Below, piece by piece: positions 39,845 through 50,595 of a stretch of DNA of 64,000 nt; the first letter of the stretch is position 1; every line of letters starts with the position of its first letter. A program made the position numbers and the translations under genes. Under the pieces are notes generated by a model, which had not been told where the DNA came from, made no database searches, and saw only the letters and a program-made list of their open reading frames with translations. The stretch is from assembly GCA_024399215.1 (NCBI GenBank), contig JAKSHT010000001.1, forward strand, positions 16,752 to 80,751. Direction: 5' to 3'. The DNA is from an archaeon (GTDB lineage: Archaea; Thermoplasmatota; Thermoplasmata; Methanomassiliicoccales; Methanomethylophilaceae).

Positions 39845-40174
39845 CTGCTATTCCACAAAAAGGTAGCACTTGTTGAGCATCAGTCACTAATCGTTGGAGA
39901 GTTTAACGTAGAAGCTCCTGGATGCTATAATAATGTAAAGACATTCCCGTTCCACGTAAAAAGGGGAAAGGATGTTTATGTCTTAATTAAATCCACGAGT
40001 GGCGTTGACGCCTGCGTAGTTGGAATTGATGGGACAAATAAAATATTCGTTGAATCTGTAAAGAACAAGATTCTCGGTCCAATACCCACAGAAGGTAAAG
40101 GGACAATGATGTTAGTTTTGGGTGTATTTCGTGGAGATTTAGCACATGTAGAAATCGAAGCCTGGATGGAGTAG
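39845..40174 (+). CDS. hypothetical protein (109 aa) with probable CTG start; not in the ORF track
   Basis: 110-codon open frame (M)LFHKKVALVEH...GVFRGDLAHVEIEAWME*; GGGGG SD-like run upstream; fills the cbf5-to-40177 gap; TAG-TAA stops overlap the next ATG. Confidence 0.7.
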   Translation: MLFHKKVALVEHQSLIVGEFNVEAPGCYNNVKTFPFHVKRGKDVYVLIKSTSGVDACVVGIDGTNKIFVESVKNKILGPIPTEGKGTMMLVLGVFRGDLAHVEIEAWME

Positions 40175-40176
40175 TA

Positions 40177-41304
40177 ATGGCCCTAAGTCTAGTCACAGGG
40201 AAAAAATGGAGTTATTGGCGTCTTGATTCTCCAATAAGCCTTCTTTCTCGGGCAGACAGCATTATCTTATTACTATCAATAGCATCATTCCTTACGCTAT
40301 TTTTGCTGGACATAATCATCGTCATGAATACTGGCAAACAATTTTTCGAGCTAGCATACATACTAGCTATTCCATTCTTCATAGTTGGTGTCATCTGGTA
40401 TTATCGATTTGACCAAAGAGATAGATGCAGGCTTTTCCTGCCCATAATCCTTGCAACTCTATCGGTATTAGCTTTTATGTACCTTGGAAAAAACTACCTA
40501 TCTACCATATTCTTTCTCAACTTTATTTTAATTGGATCTTTTGGTGTAGCCTATCTTGTATCACTTCTACAAAAGGCTCTATTCTACCCTATTGTTGGCA
40601 TAGTTCAAAACATGAATATGAAAGAAAAATACAATTTTTCTGAATACTGCACAGCATTTATGTTTAACATTCCCAGAGATCTTGACACACGCGGCCTCAC
40701 AATGGATTACAACCTTAAAAGAGCATCCATTCCGTGGAAAGAAATTAGTGACACCATGGTCTTAAGTCTGATGTTTGGCATTTTTCTGTGGATATACCTT
40801 TCAATGAATCCAACATTTATGAAAATAGAATCGTACGGAAACGTTCCAATCAACCTTTTCACAATAGTATTGTTTATTCCTATCACAGTTATGCCCTGGT
40901 CTATCTTTAGAGCCCTAAATGTAAGAATATCCACTAAATTTCGAGATTTCCATCTATATACCGGCATCATCGAAACTATCAAGAGAATGATTTTACCAAT
41001 ATTCGGCACGTTTATGTTTATTATCACCGCGTTTAATAAAAACGATCCTATCTCAGTCCTAAGTTTTATCGCACTATCAATAATAATGAATATCTCAGTA
41101 ATAGGATTCGTATCTCTAATCTACTATAGGTACTTTGAGAACGACCTAGTAGACAATATAGTCCAAAAATGGAAGCTATTTAGACCTATCGAAATACTAA
41201 TGTCCATAGGTGACAGCGAAGGAAAAGAAACAAACTATCCAGGAACTCCAAAAAGAGACCCCGATGACTACGGGGAGCTCATATTTCAGAATCTAATCAA
41301 ATGA
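40177..41304 (+). CDS. polytopic hypothetical membrane protein
   Basis: About 8 hydrophobic segments; conserved-looking FMFNIPRDLDTR and PGTPKRD motifs. Confidence 0.75.
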   Translation: MALSLVTGKKWSYWRLDSPISLLSRADSIILLLSIASFLTLFLLDIIIVMNTGKQFFELAYILAIPFFIVGVIWYYRFDQRDRCRLFLPIILATLSVLAFMYLGKNYLSTIFFLNFILIGSFGVAYLVSLLQKALFYPIVGIVQNMNMKEKYNFSEYCTAFMFNIPRDLDTRGLTMDYNLKRASIPWKEISDTMVLSLMFGIFLWIYLSMNPTFMKIESYGNVPINLFTIVLFIPITVMPWSIFRALNVRISTKFRDFHLYTGIIETIKRMILPIFGTFMFIITAFNKNDPISVLSFIALSIIMNISVIGFVSLIYYRYFENDLVDNIVQKWKLFRPIEILMSIGDSEGKETNYPGTPKRDPDDYGELIFQNLIK

Positions 41305-41730
41305 TGAGTCATTTGCCCTCCCCGGCCTTGAAAGAGACTCAAAGATGGGCATAAAAATCTTCCCAGAGCCATAACCTTCAGTCCTATTCTTTCCTATAAG
41401 CTCTGGTTCATCATCATTTGTAATTATAACTTGACTTTTTTGATATTCATCATCTAACGAAATGAATGGTCTATCGAGATTCTCCTTCGCTATACTAAGT
41501 ATGACATCTGCCATTATTTGAATTTCTTCAGGCGTGGTTTCTTTCGGAATATAAAGCATAAAATTATGAATCTCTGTACTTCCATTAAAAAGGTGTTTAA
41601 CATCAGTTTTATTCATAAGATCCATAAATTTTTCATAATTGTTTTTACCAGCTGAAAGTTCAATAACTTGCTGCTTCCACACATCCCCGAGTTCGACATA
41701 CATCGCGTCCTTACCCAGTGCTTTCCACAT
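41293..41730 (-). CDS. hypothetical protein
   Basis: 145-aa ORF with normal composition; TATA-like TTATTTAA upstream. Confidence 0.7.
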   Translation of the reverse strand: MWKALGKDAMYVELGDVWKQQVIELSAGKNNYEKFMDLMNKTDVKHLFNGSTEIHNFMLYIPKETTPEEIQIMADVILSIAKENLDRPFISLDDEYQKSQVIITNDDEPELIGKNRTEGYGSGKIFMPIFESLSRPGRANDSSFD

Positions 41731-42028
41731 GGTGAACGTGATCTACAGCGTTAAATAAACCCTCTTCTACACGCATCCCTCGAACAAATATTTAGTACCA
41801 TAAAATCCAGCACTTGATTTAAACGAGCGCATATTATCGTTATCCCATACTTCAGAACAAACGTTAATTAATCCTGATACGAACCCCATTAATGTCCCAT
41901 TTTACAGCGATGTAACAACGATTAACAGGCCAATAACCCATCAAAATATTTTCCGATCGTATGACTTCACCTTCTCGGTCATGAGCAAGCTTTTATTTAG
42001 ATCTATAAACTAGAGGAGACGCGAGTAA

Positions 42029-43147
42029 ATGTCAAAATTCTCTGTAACACCATGGGGGATAGTCGGAAACATAGATTATACCGAGCTACAAGAAAAATTC
42101 GGGACATCCCCCATAGGCAGCACCCTTTTTCGAAGGTTTGCTAGATACAACGAATTACATCCAATGCTCAAACGTGGAATCTTTTATTCGTGTAGAGACG
42201 CAGACAAGCTCCTCGACAGCTACGACGCAGGCAATAAATTTTTACTTTATACAGGGCGAGGTCCGTCTGGTAACACCCACCTAGGACATATAATGCCTTG
42301 GCTATTTAATAAGTGGATTCAAGACACTTTTAAAATTCCAATGTACTTCCAGATAACAGACGATGAAAAATTTCTTTTTAAAAATCTTACGTTACATGAC
42401 ACTAGAAAAATGGCATATGAGAATGCCCTCGATTTCATTGCCATCGGTTTCGACACAAAAAACACAAAAATAATTCTCAATACCGAGTGTGTCAAAACAT
42501 TATATCCTATAGCACTGAAAGTAGCAAAAAAAATAAACTTCTCTACTGCAAAGGCAGTTTTCGGATTTGAGAATTCAAATAACATAGGACAAATATTCTA
42601 CACCGCGATGCAAGCTGCTCCGGCATTTCTTGCATCCGAAATTGAAAAAAAAGAAGTACCATGCCTTATCCCTTGCGGCATCGATCAAGATCCGCACTTT
42701 AGGGCTGCGAGAGATGTTGCATCCATCTTAGGGTATCCTAAACCATCAATGTTATACTGTAAAATGCTCCCTGGACTTAACGGAATGAGCAAAATGTCCT
42801 CTTCTGATGACAGTGTAACCATTTATACAACAGATAGTCCGAATGTAGTTAACAAGAAAATTGGAAAAGCATTTACCGGAGGTTGTATATCAGTCAGGGA
42901 GCAAAGACAAAAAGGAGGTAATCCTGGTTCTTGCGTTATATTCCAATACAACTACTATATGTTCGAGTACGATGATAATAAACTCAGAGAGATGGTTCAG
43001 AGGTGTAGAGGCGGGGATATACTCTGTGGAGAATGCAAAGCAATCCTCGCAGAGAAAATTAACATATTCCTTGAAAAGCACCAAGCTAAAAGAGAAGGGG
43101 CACGAGAAGTCATAGACAGCATGGCCTTCGGCGATTTTAAATGGTGA
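42029..43147 (+). CDS. trpS: tryptophanyl-tRNA synthetase
   Basis: YTGRGPS, HLGH, GIDQDPHFR, KMSSS. Confidence 0.96.
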   Translation: MSKFSVTPWGIVGNIDYTELQEKFGTSPIGSTLFRRFARYNELHPMLKRGIFYSCRDADKLLDSYDAGNKFLLYTGRGPSGNTHLGHIMPWLFNKWIQDTFKIPMYFQITDDEKFLFKNLTLHDTRKMAYENALDFIAIGFDTKNTKIILNTECVKTLYPIALKVAKKINFSTAKAVFGFENSNNIGQIFYTAMQAAPAFLASEIEKKEVPCLIPCGIDQDPHFRAARDVASILGYPKPSMLYCKMLPGLNGMSKMSSSDDSVTIYTTDSPNVVNKKIGKAFTGGCISVREQRQKGGNPGSCVIFQYNYYMFEYDDNKLREMVQRCRGGDILCGECKAILAEKINIFLEKHQAKREGAREVIDSMAFGDFKW

Positions 43148-43151
43148 TGTC

Positions 43152-44675
43152 ATGAACAGCTCAGAAGTCATTGATATTCTCAGTCACAATGAGAAAAAGT
43201 TGCTTCTCACACTTAATCAAATGAATGGAACTGCAACACCCACAGACCTCATGAAGAATGGAGATTTTTCATCCGAAACAGAAATAATGGGGTCTGCGTC
43301 ATGGCTTAATATAAAAAAATTGGTAGATATCGAGGAGCATCAGTCTATCTTTTATACCCTTGCTGATGAAAGTATTGCAAAGAATGGCCTTCCGGAAAGA
43401 CGTGCAATAGAGGCAATCAGTACGGCCGGAGGTGTCATGAATATTATCGATCTTTCAACTGCACTTCCTGGCGGGGAGGATAAAATTGCTGTTGGTTTTT
43501 TAAAGAAAAAGGGCTTTATAAACATTGAAAAAAGAGATTCTAAGAAGATCCTTGTACTCACTGATGCCGGATATAAAGCGTTATCTGAAAAAACAGAAGA
43601 TGAAATTTTTATTGACAAAATGGCACTCCATCCAGTACCGGAAACAGACGTTGACAAGAACGTAATTCTTGGCCTCAAAAATCGTCACAAAATAATTCGT
43701 GAAAATGTTAAAATCGAAAGAATCATAAGACTAACAGTCACAGGAAAAAAAGTAGTGGATTCTGGAATTGAATTAAATGAAGAAGTTGTGCAAGTAACTG
43801 ACAATATTATTCAAAGTGGCATGTGGAGAGATATAGAATTTAAAAAATATGATGTTCACACATTCGCGCCTTCTTTTTACCCATCAAAGAAACATCTTCT
43901 CTCAAGACTTGGAGCGGAAATTAGAGAACTGTACACAAGTATGGGATTTACAGAAATCGATGGAGAATTCGTTGAGCCAGCATTTTGGGATCTAGATGTC
44001 TTATATGTACCACAAGATCACCCGGCAAGGGAACTTCAGGATACATTTTATCTCAGTAACCCAAAAAAATTTGACCTTTCGAATTATGAAAAATTAGTAG
44101 ATGTTGTTAAGAATATTCATGAAAATGGTGGAAAGACCGGTTCTACAGGATGGGGTGGAAAATGGTCAAGAGAAATGGCGGAGCAAGCAATGCTGAGAAC
44201 ACACACAACAGTCAATACTATCTCATATATCTCCAAACATCCAGAGGCCCCCGCAAAAGTCTTCTCGTTGTCAAGAATTTTTAGAAGAGAGTCTATTGAT
44301 GCAACACATCTTCCAGAGTTTACACAGATAGAAGGCATAGTCATTGATGAAAATTCCAATTTTGATATGCTAGTCTCATTAGTCCGTGAATTTTATGCAA
44401 AAATGGGATTCGATCAAGTTAGAATAAGGCCTGCCTACTTTCCATATACAGAACCATCACTTGAACTAGAAATTTTCTTCAACGGAAGATGGATGGAGCT
44501 CGGAGGTGCTGGGATTTTCCGACCTGAAGTTGTCGCTCCATTCGGTGTGAAATATCCTGTATTGGCATGGGGATTCGGATTTGAAAGACTGGCCATGCTA
44601 AGGTGGGGCATTACCGATATTCGTGACCTATACATTTCAGATATAGACATCATTAGAAAGAGTCCTACACTTTAG
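43152..44675 (+). CDS. pheS: phenylalanyl-tRNA synthetase alpha subunit
   Basis: PQDHPARELQDTF, LRTHTT, YFPYTEPS, GFGFERLAM. Confidence 0.96.
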   Translation: MNSSEVIDILSHNEKKLLLTLNQMNGTATPTDLMKNGDFSSETEIMGSASWLNIKKLVDIEEHQSIFYTLADESIAKNGLPERRAIEAISTAGGVMNIIDLSTALPGGEDKIAVGFLKKKGFINIEKRDSKKILVLTDAGYKALSEKTEDEIFIDKMALHPVPETDVDKNVILGLKNRHKIIRENVKIERIIRLTVTGKKVVDSGIELNEEVVQVTDNIIQSGMWRDIEFKKYDVHTFAPSFYPSKKHLLSRLGAEIRELYTSMGFTEIDGEFVEPAFWDLDVLYVPQDHPARELQDTFYLSNPKKFDLSNYEKLVDVVKNIHENGGKTGSTGWGGKWSREMAEQAMLRTHTTVNTISYISKHPEAPAKVFSLSRIFRRESIDATHLPEFTQIEGIVIDENSNFDMLVSLVREFYAKMGFDQVRIRPAYFPYTEPSLELEIFFNGRWMELGGAGIFRPEVVAPFGVKYPVLAWGFGFERLAMLRWGITDIRDLYISDIDIIRKSPTL

Positions 44676-44895
44676 AATTAATTTGTGAGTTTTCGTTTAA
44701 GATCTAACTTAAAAAGATTATAACGAAACAACGAACCTGCAACGGTGTTACATTTATCAATTCATAAACCCCCAATCGCACAATTCCAATACAGGTCAAT
44801 TATCAGAAAAGTATAGGGTCTAATAAAATTCCATCGTAGACCAATATAAACTCAAGAAGTCTTATAATACATGCAATCCACCTTACCCGATCTAA

Positions 44896-45684
44896 ATGGC
44901 GCTCACCTCTAAATTAGTCGCAATGGATCTTGATGGTACACTAATACAAGCTAATGGAAGCATTCCGGACAGTCTCCTTTGTATCATAAAGAATCTCTCT
45001 CGCAGGGGCATAAAATTCGCAATAGTCACTGGACGAATGACAGAAACCGCTGAAAAATACGCCAAAATTATTGGAGGGGCATCAACTATTTCGTATAACG
45101 GGTCTGTTGTAAAAAAGAAGAATGGAACCTATGTAAAGAAAATGATCCCACTACGTTCAGTAAGAAATATGATTAAATTTTGTAGAATTAATGAATTATA
45201 TCTTCAAATGTACCATAATGGTAAAATATATGCTAGCGGAAAATCAAGTTACCTCAGTTCAGATCCTGACTCTAAAATGGTAGAATCTCAAATAATAGCC
45301 AATTTTACAAAAATTAAAACACATCCAACTCCCAAAATGATTATTGCATCGGAAGAAGAAAAAATGCCAAGTCTAATGGAAGAGATCAAAGAGATGTTTT
45401 GCACTCTGTATATTTCAAGGTCAAGCACCCAAATAATAGAAGTAACACCTGAAGGCATCGATAAAAAACACGGTCTTAATATAGTCGCAGAAGACCTTGG
45501 CGTTGATAGATCTGATGTTATAGCCATAGGCAACGATATGAACGATCTACCCATGATAGAATGGGCGGGAACAGGCATCGCAGTATCAAATGCCCCTAAT
45601 GAACTAAAAAATAAAGCTAATATTATTTCTAAGCAGACTTCTTCCGCAGGCGTTCAAGAAGCCCTCGAACTCATCTTCCACTAA
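44896..45684 (+). CDS. Cof-type HAD-IIB hydrolase
   Basis: DLDGTL, VTGR, GNDMNDLPM. Confidence 0.9.
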   Translation: MALTSKLVAMDLDGTLIQANGSIPDSLLCIIKNLSRRGIKFAIVTGRMTETAEKYAKIIGGASTISYNGSVVKKKNGTYVKKMIPLRSVRNMIKFCRINELYLQMYHNGKIYASGKSSYLSSDPDSKMVESQIIANFTKIKTHPTPKMIIASEEEKMPSLMEEIKEMFCTLYISRSSTQIIEVTPEGIDKKHGLNIVAEDLGVDRSDVIAIGNDMNDLPMIEWAGTGIAVSNAPNELKNKANIISKQTSSAGVQEALELIFH

Positions 45685-46454
45685 TTACTAAACACATTGT
45701 CAATTATATCTGCGACAGAATCAAGCGTCATCGTTGGACTAAGGTCACTGTTCTTAAGATCACTCCTACTCGTTTCGCCCGTTAAAACCAGAATCGAAGA
45801 CACACCACTGTTTAACGCCATCTTAATGTCCGTATAAAGTCGATCTCCCACCACTGCAATTTCATTTAACTTAACGTTCATAGCGGAAGCTGCCATATTA
45901 AGCAGAATAGAATTCGGTTTTCCGATAATTATCGGATTTCTCTGTGTAAGGTAGTTAAACATTGCAATGAACGACCCAATATCGACATCATATCCATTTT
46001 CTGTCGGACACAGATCGTCGGGGTGTGTAGCAATAAACTCCGCTCCAGACTTCAGGAACTGATACGCCTTATTGATTTTTTCATATGTTATCGTCTTATC
46101 AAACGACAAGAGAACTATATCCGGATCTTCATCATCTATCTCTATGCCATACTCTCTTAATTCCTCAGAGTAAGAATCCGTCCCCAAAAAATACACAGTT
46201 TTTCCTTGACGTTCTTTCCTCAAAAATTCTAATGTCGCAATGCCTGATGTAAGAATATTCTCAACACATACATCAAACCCCATTTCGACAAGTTTCTCAT
46301 AATAATACTCCCTCCTCTCGGAAGAGTTATTAGTGACAAATACAAAAGGGACATTCCTCTCATTCAACTCTCGTACAAGATCTATCGCGCCAGGAATTGG
46401 ACGCATTCCCTTGTAGATGGTTCCATCCATATCAATTACAAAGCCTCGAATCAT
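45681..46454 (-). CDS. HAD-IIA hydrolase (NagD-like)
   Basis: DMDGTIY, VTNNS, GKP, GDRLYTDI. Confidence 0.92.
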   Translation of the reverse strand: MIRGFVIDMDGTIYKGMRPIPGAIDLVRELNERNVPFVFVTNNSSERREYYYEKLVEMGFDVCVENILTSGIATLEFLRKERQGKTVYFLGTDSYSEELREYGIEIDDEDPDIVLLSFDKTITYEKINKAYQFLKSGAEFIATHPDDLCPTENGYDVDIGSFIAMFNYLTQRNPIIIGKPNSILLNMAASAMNVKLNEIAVVGDRLYTDIKMALNSGVSSILVLTGETSRSDLKNSDLSPTMTLDSVADIIDNVFSN

Positions 46455-46987
46455 CGTTCCATAAATTCTTTTACTATCGTCATAGCCTCTATGAGCTTGA
46501 CTTCTGATTCCTTCCTATAAACGCAAGACATAGGATGATACGTTGGGAGAAATATCTTCTCTTCTCCCTCTACAACCACCTTCATTTTCTTGTTAACAAT
46601 TTTCCAAATACTTCCTTCGTACCCTATAAGATCCATTATTGCCAACTTACCAAGACCGACCACCATCGAACAGTGCTTCAACTCACTATTAAGAAATTGA
46701 CGGCACACACTCATTTCTTCATCGGTAGGATCTCTATTTTTTGGAGGGCGGCACTTAACAGTATTCGTTATCATCACATCAGATCTTTTAAGTCCCGCTG
46801 CCGCCATCGCATTGTCAAGTATTTGCCCAGATTTTCCAACAAACGGAATTCCACGAAAATCCTCACTCTCTCCAGGAGCTTCACCTACCAATACTACCTT
46901 TGATCTTAAATCCCCACAAGGAAGTACAATATTTGTACGCCATCTGCAAAGATCACATTTGTTACAATTATTATCCGGAACTATCAT
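46451..46987 (-). CDS. udg: uracil-DNA glycosylase family 4
   Basis: CxxC, GEAPG, KCRPPKNRDP, YHP. Confidence 0.92.
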   Translation of the reverse strand: MIVPDNNCNKCDLCRWRTNIVLPCGDLRSKVVLVGEAPGESEDFRGIPFVGKSGQILDNAMAAAGLKRSDVMITNTVKCRPPKNRDPTDEEMSVCRQFLNSELKHCSMVVGLGKLAIMDLIGYEGSIWKIVNKKMKVVVEGEEKIFLPTYHPMSCVYRKESEVKLIEAMTIVKEFMER

Positions 46988-47529
46988 GTCAACTTAAACT
47001 CCGACAGTTTTACGAGAGGTGTAAACGTAACTCCAACCCTTGCAAGTGCTTCCGCCCCACCCATTTCACGATCAATCACTGAAAAAACATTCTCTACTAT
47101 TACACCTTTATCTCTAAGAACACTAATACCTGCGATAGAAGAACCAGCCGACGTGATTACATCCTCAACAACTAGAACTTTATCGCCAGAATCAAAGGTA
47201 CCTTCAATGAGCTCCTCTGTACCGTGATTCTTCTTCTCTCCTCTAATCATGACGTACGGTATTCCGGTTTTAAGAGATAGTGCTACTGCTAACGGAATCG
47301 AGCCAAGAACTATGCCTGCAATTCTGTCAACTTTAAGATTCATTTTCTGAAGATTCTCATACATTTTCTGCGTTATAATTCTCAATATCATTGGATTTGT
47401 ACTTGCCTTTTTGATATCTACATAATATTTACTAGTAATACCCGATTTCAATACAAATTCTCCAACCCTAAGAGCACCGCAATCTTTCAGTACTTTAACT
47501 ATATCATCTGCTTCTTCACCATGGAACAT
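46984..47529 (-). CDS. pyrE: orotate phosphoribosyltransferase
   Basis: GEFVLKSG, YYVDIK, VVEDVITSAGS PRPP motif; start moved downstream. Confidence 0.93.
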   Translation of the reverse strand: MFHGEEADDIVKVLKDCGALRVGEFVLKSGITSKYYVDIKKASTNPMILRIITQKMYENLQKMNLKVDRIAGIVLGSIPLAVALSLKTGIPYVMIRGEKKNHGTEELIEGTFDSGDKVLVVEDVITSAGSSIAGISVLRDKGVIVENVFSVIDREMGGAEALARVGVTFTPLVKLSEFKLT

Positions 47530-48100
47530 CCTTAACACCAATCCTATACCCAATAATATTGACGGTTCTATGCATAACATAAGTCAGGATCACAACAAAA
47601 ATCAGTGCCGCAATATGCATGCCCTCTATGTAGTTTGACTTTACAAATTCTGGAAAACACATAGCAGTAATAATTATTGCCCCAACGAAAAAATCATACT
47701 GATCTAAAATTAACGCCTTCGCCCCTTTCTCCATTCCAAGCCTTCTCTTAATAAAAGCTCCACATGCATCTCCGACAAGTGCTCCAAAAGAAAGACAAAA
47801 TAATATTCCTATGTTGCCCCAGAACGGTCCAAATCTCCAGTAATCGTCAGATCCAAATTTTGCCGCAACACAAATCTGAACAATGCCTACAAATACACCC
47901 GTAAAAGCTCCGCCAAAAAATCCAGCCCATGATTTTCCATCACCAAGAATCCTTTTACCTCTCCATGTTCTTCCAAAATCCATCTTTGTCCTTCCGAACT
48001 TCCTTCCAATAATTACAGCACTCACATTTGGTATCATCGCTGGAAGCCATAACCAAATCCCAACAGCTATGTATGTCAATATATCAGCAAACTCGAACAT
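47516..48100 (-). CDS. carS: CDP-archaeol synthase
   Basis: PAMIPN, ILGDGKSW, GD..GAFIKRR, LDQYDF, KDVPW. Confidence 0.92.
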   Translation of the reverse strand: MFEFADILTYIAVGIWLWLPAMIPNVSAVIIGRKFGRTKMDFGRTWRGKRILGDGKSWAGFFGGAFTGVFVGIVQICVAAKFGSDDYWRFGPFWGNIGILFCLSFGALVGDACGAFIKRRLGMEKGAKALILDQYDFFVGAIIITAMCFPEFVKSNYIEGMHIAALIFVVILTYVMHRTVNIIGYRIGVKDVPW

Positions 48101-48336
48101 ATCTTCTGCGGCACAATATCAACTCTATAATATGATGTTGACGAATTCCGAAAAACTTTTTTTTGCGAGTGTCCAACATCGAACAATTCAAATCAGAACA
48201 TAAAAACCAAAGCCAAACATCTATAATAACAGTAAGCAAGCATACGCCGACCTCGAATATCAGTAACCATCACACATATTATGCTCCACTAAAATTTCCC
48301 ACACTATTTCAAAATAGGGAAACAACTTCTTTCTGT

Positions 48337-48723
48337 TTACTCTACATCGCGGTCCCAAATATCCAATGGTAAGTCATCATAAACGGTAGATTTACCTTTG
48401 ATCTTAGAACTCTTGGGCTTAACACCACTAATGAGTTCCCTAACTTTATCGCGTCGAAAAAGCCAATAGTTTATTCTCCACTCCCTGCCATCATAAAGCG
48501 TAGTTTCCTCTCTCTCAGTAGTAAGAATCGATGCATCCTCCAACATATAAAACGCATCTCTATCTTGTGTTTCCAGAATATTGTCTATTATCCTATCGGA
48601 ATATCCAAAGAAGTTAAGAATATGATTAGCTAGCTCGTGCGCTTCATTCCTCGCAATACCTTCATAATTAGGGCTATTTACAATAGCCTGTGTCAACTTC
48701 TCCACGGTGATTACGTCTCTCAT
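48337..48723 (-). CDS. conserved Thermoplasmata hypothetical protein (DUF6015-like)
   Basis: LNFFGYSDRIIDN, DRDAFYMLED, EETTLYDGREWRI; AGGGGA SD before 48723. Confidence 0.75.
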   Translation of the reverse strand: MRDVITVEKLTQAIVNSPNYEGIARNEAHELANHILNFFGYSDRIIDNILETQDRDAFYMLEDASILTTEREETTLYDGREWRINYWLFRRDKVRELISGVKPKSSKIKGKSTVYDDLPLDIWDRDVE

Positions 48724-49361
48724 TTCGTCCCCTCTCAAGAAACCACAGATTCTAAAGTCTATCCGTTTATTCAGTGTCATTTCACAACGTAGCCAAAACT
48801 ACACAGCTAGCTCCCCACTTGTTTGACTAATTTAAATGTTTTTCGAGTTATTTTAATAGACTATGGTCCATCCTTACAAAGCCACTATTATAATACAATC
48901 CTTGCGAAAGGAACTACTCTAATGTCCCCCATATTAAACATGAAAGTAAAAGTTTAAGATAGAGTGAAACCCCAGACTAACAATTCATTCAAAATGATAA
49001 ATTTTTACATCCAGTAGAATCTTAGCAAAAATCATAATTTTCGAATACAAGTCCGACAAACTTTCTCTATAAAGTTACACAAAACTGTACATAACTCGAT
49101 CTAAACTCCAACCTCAGGGATAAATCAAACACTGCGACTACACAGTCCACATACACTCTTAAAGTAACCCCACAAATAGGTAGTCCATCCCACTACAAAC
49201 ATTAACCGTATGCCGTCTTCATGGATATACACGAATATCCCTAGCTACAACCACTCCAAACCTCAACCTTACGTAGGAGCAATAAAATTTCGTAGCGCCT
49301 ACTATTACACCATACTGGATTATACGAAACAAAACATGTTTCTAAGGCCTACATCCACCGG

Positions 49362-50435
49362 TTATGTCATAAGGTCTTTAATTCTGTCATGTTGTATAGC
49401 GTTCCTAATCTCCAAAGATATCCTTCCCCCCGTACTCAATCCTGGATATATTAGATCGGCGTAAGGCGACCCAGAAATAAAAGGATTAGTTCCTGCCACA
49501 ATCCTTGTGGAAATCTCAAAGACCTTGAACTCTAATCTGTCATTAACTACGGTCTCTAAACAAAACGGACCCCACATCCCACCAAACAATTCATATGAGC
49601 GTTCAACGACATTTTCCGCCATTTTAAATGCTTTAGGAAGAAGAGACTCTCTTATAACCGCTGGTGTATTGCCAGTCACAACAAAAGACGGATAGAGGCC
49701 GTGACGTTTAGCATCCTCTATAGAGCCAAGTTTGTACACTTCGTCTATATTGCTCTCATCTCTTCTGTCTATTGATAAAAGTTCCAGCGAGCCACCTCTA
49801 CTCAACTTGTATCCTTCGTCTTTAAGTGGCGAATAAAAAAAATGCAAATAATATCTTGTCCCGAGGCAATACTCTTGTATCGAATAAGGCACTGTATTAT
49901 CTATGGACATCTTAAAATCTGGATAATCCTTTGCGATAAAATAACCGCGTCCCCCCTTTGCTCCGTAGTACTTCACCATAACTGGCTCTGATATTTCTTT
50001 CGCATCCGTGAACACACGTGGCATACTTACACCCGCCGAAGTAAGCCATTGTCTTTCCATATCTCTGTCAAATTCCCAACGTAGAACCGCACGATTACAA
50101 TATACAGGTACAGTATAGTCTTCAAATCTCTTAGGGCCCATATATTCTATAAATGAGCCATGAGGAACAACGATAACATTGTTAGCATGAAGTTCTTCTA
50201 TACCATCCTCCATCTCGTCGAAATTGTCGTATCTAACGATAGAATCAGGCCTAGCAAGAGGAAACGCATCATAATACTTCGTGTCATGAGAGATAGCAAT
50301 ACCAAGTGTCCTGAAACCCATCTTGCGCGCGCCATGAAAAATCTGAAGAGACGAATGAGAGCACAGTGTAGCAATCGTAATGTTATTTAAGTCGTAACCA
50401 TCCAGTATGGAATCAATCTTCTTCTTTGGAACCAC
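49362..50435 (-). CDS. purP: formate-dependent AICAR formyltransferase (FAICAR synthetase, ATP-grasp)
   Basis: TLCSHSSLQI, PHGSF, GAKGGRG, RESLL, RIVAGTN; GTG start after GGGAGG. Confidence 0.9.
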   Translation of the reverse strand: MVPKKKIDSILDGYDLNNITIATLCSHSSLQIFHGARKMGFRTLGIAISHDTKYYDAFPLARPDSIVRYDNFDEMEDGIEELHANNVIVVPHGSFIEYMGPKRFEDYTVPVYCNRAVLRWEFDRDMERQWLTSAGVSMPRVFTDAKEISEPVMVKYYGAKGGRGYFIAKDYPDFKMSIDNTVPYSIQEYCLGTRYYLHFFYSPLKDEGYKLSRGGSLELLSIDRRDESNIDEVYKLGSIEDAKRHGLYPSFVVTGNTPAVIRESLLPKAFKMAENVVERSYELFGGMWGPFCLETVVNDRLEFKVFEISTRIVAGTNPFISGSPYADLIYPGLSTGGRISLEIRNAIQHDRIKDLMT

Positions 50436-50595
50436 GCCCTCCCATTCGATTTCTCTGTTAAATAATTTAGGCGTAATTACAAAGGATTCGTCACATTTAT
50501 GAACTAACATGCAGTAGTCTCTCGCGTTAAAATTATACACTAACAAGTGAGAAATATCCATTCGAGCAGGAAGCAAGCCTTTGAGGAAGTAGCAC

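Noticed and set aside
49210-49464. 84-aa plus-strand ORF in the spacer after purP
   Set aside because: Runs antisense into purP, no SD, spacer-like composition.
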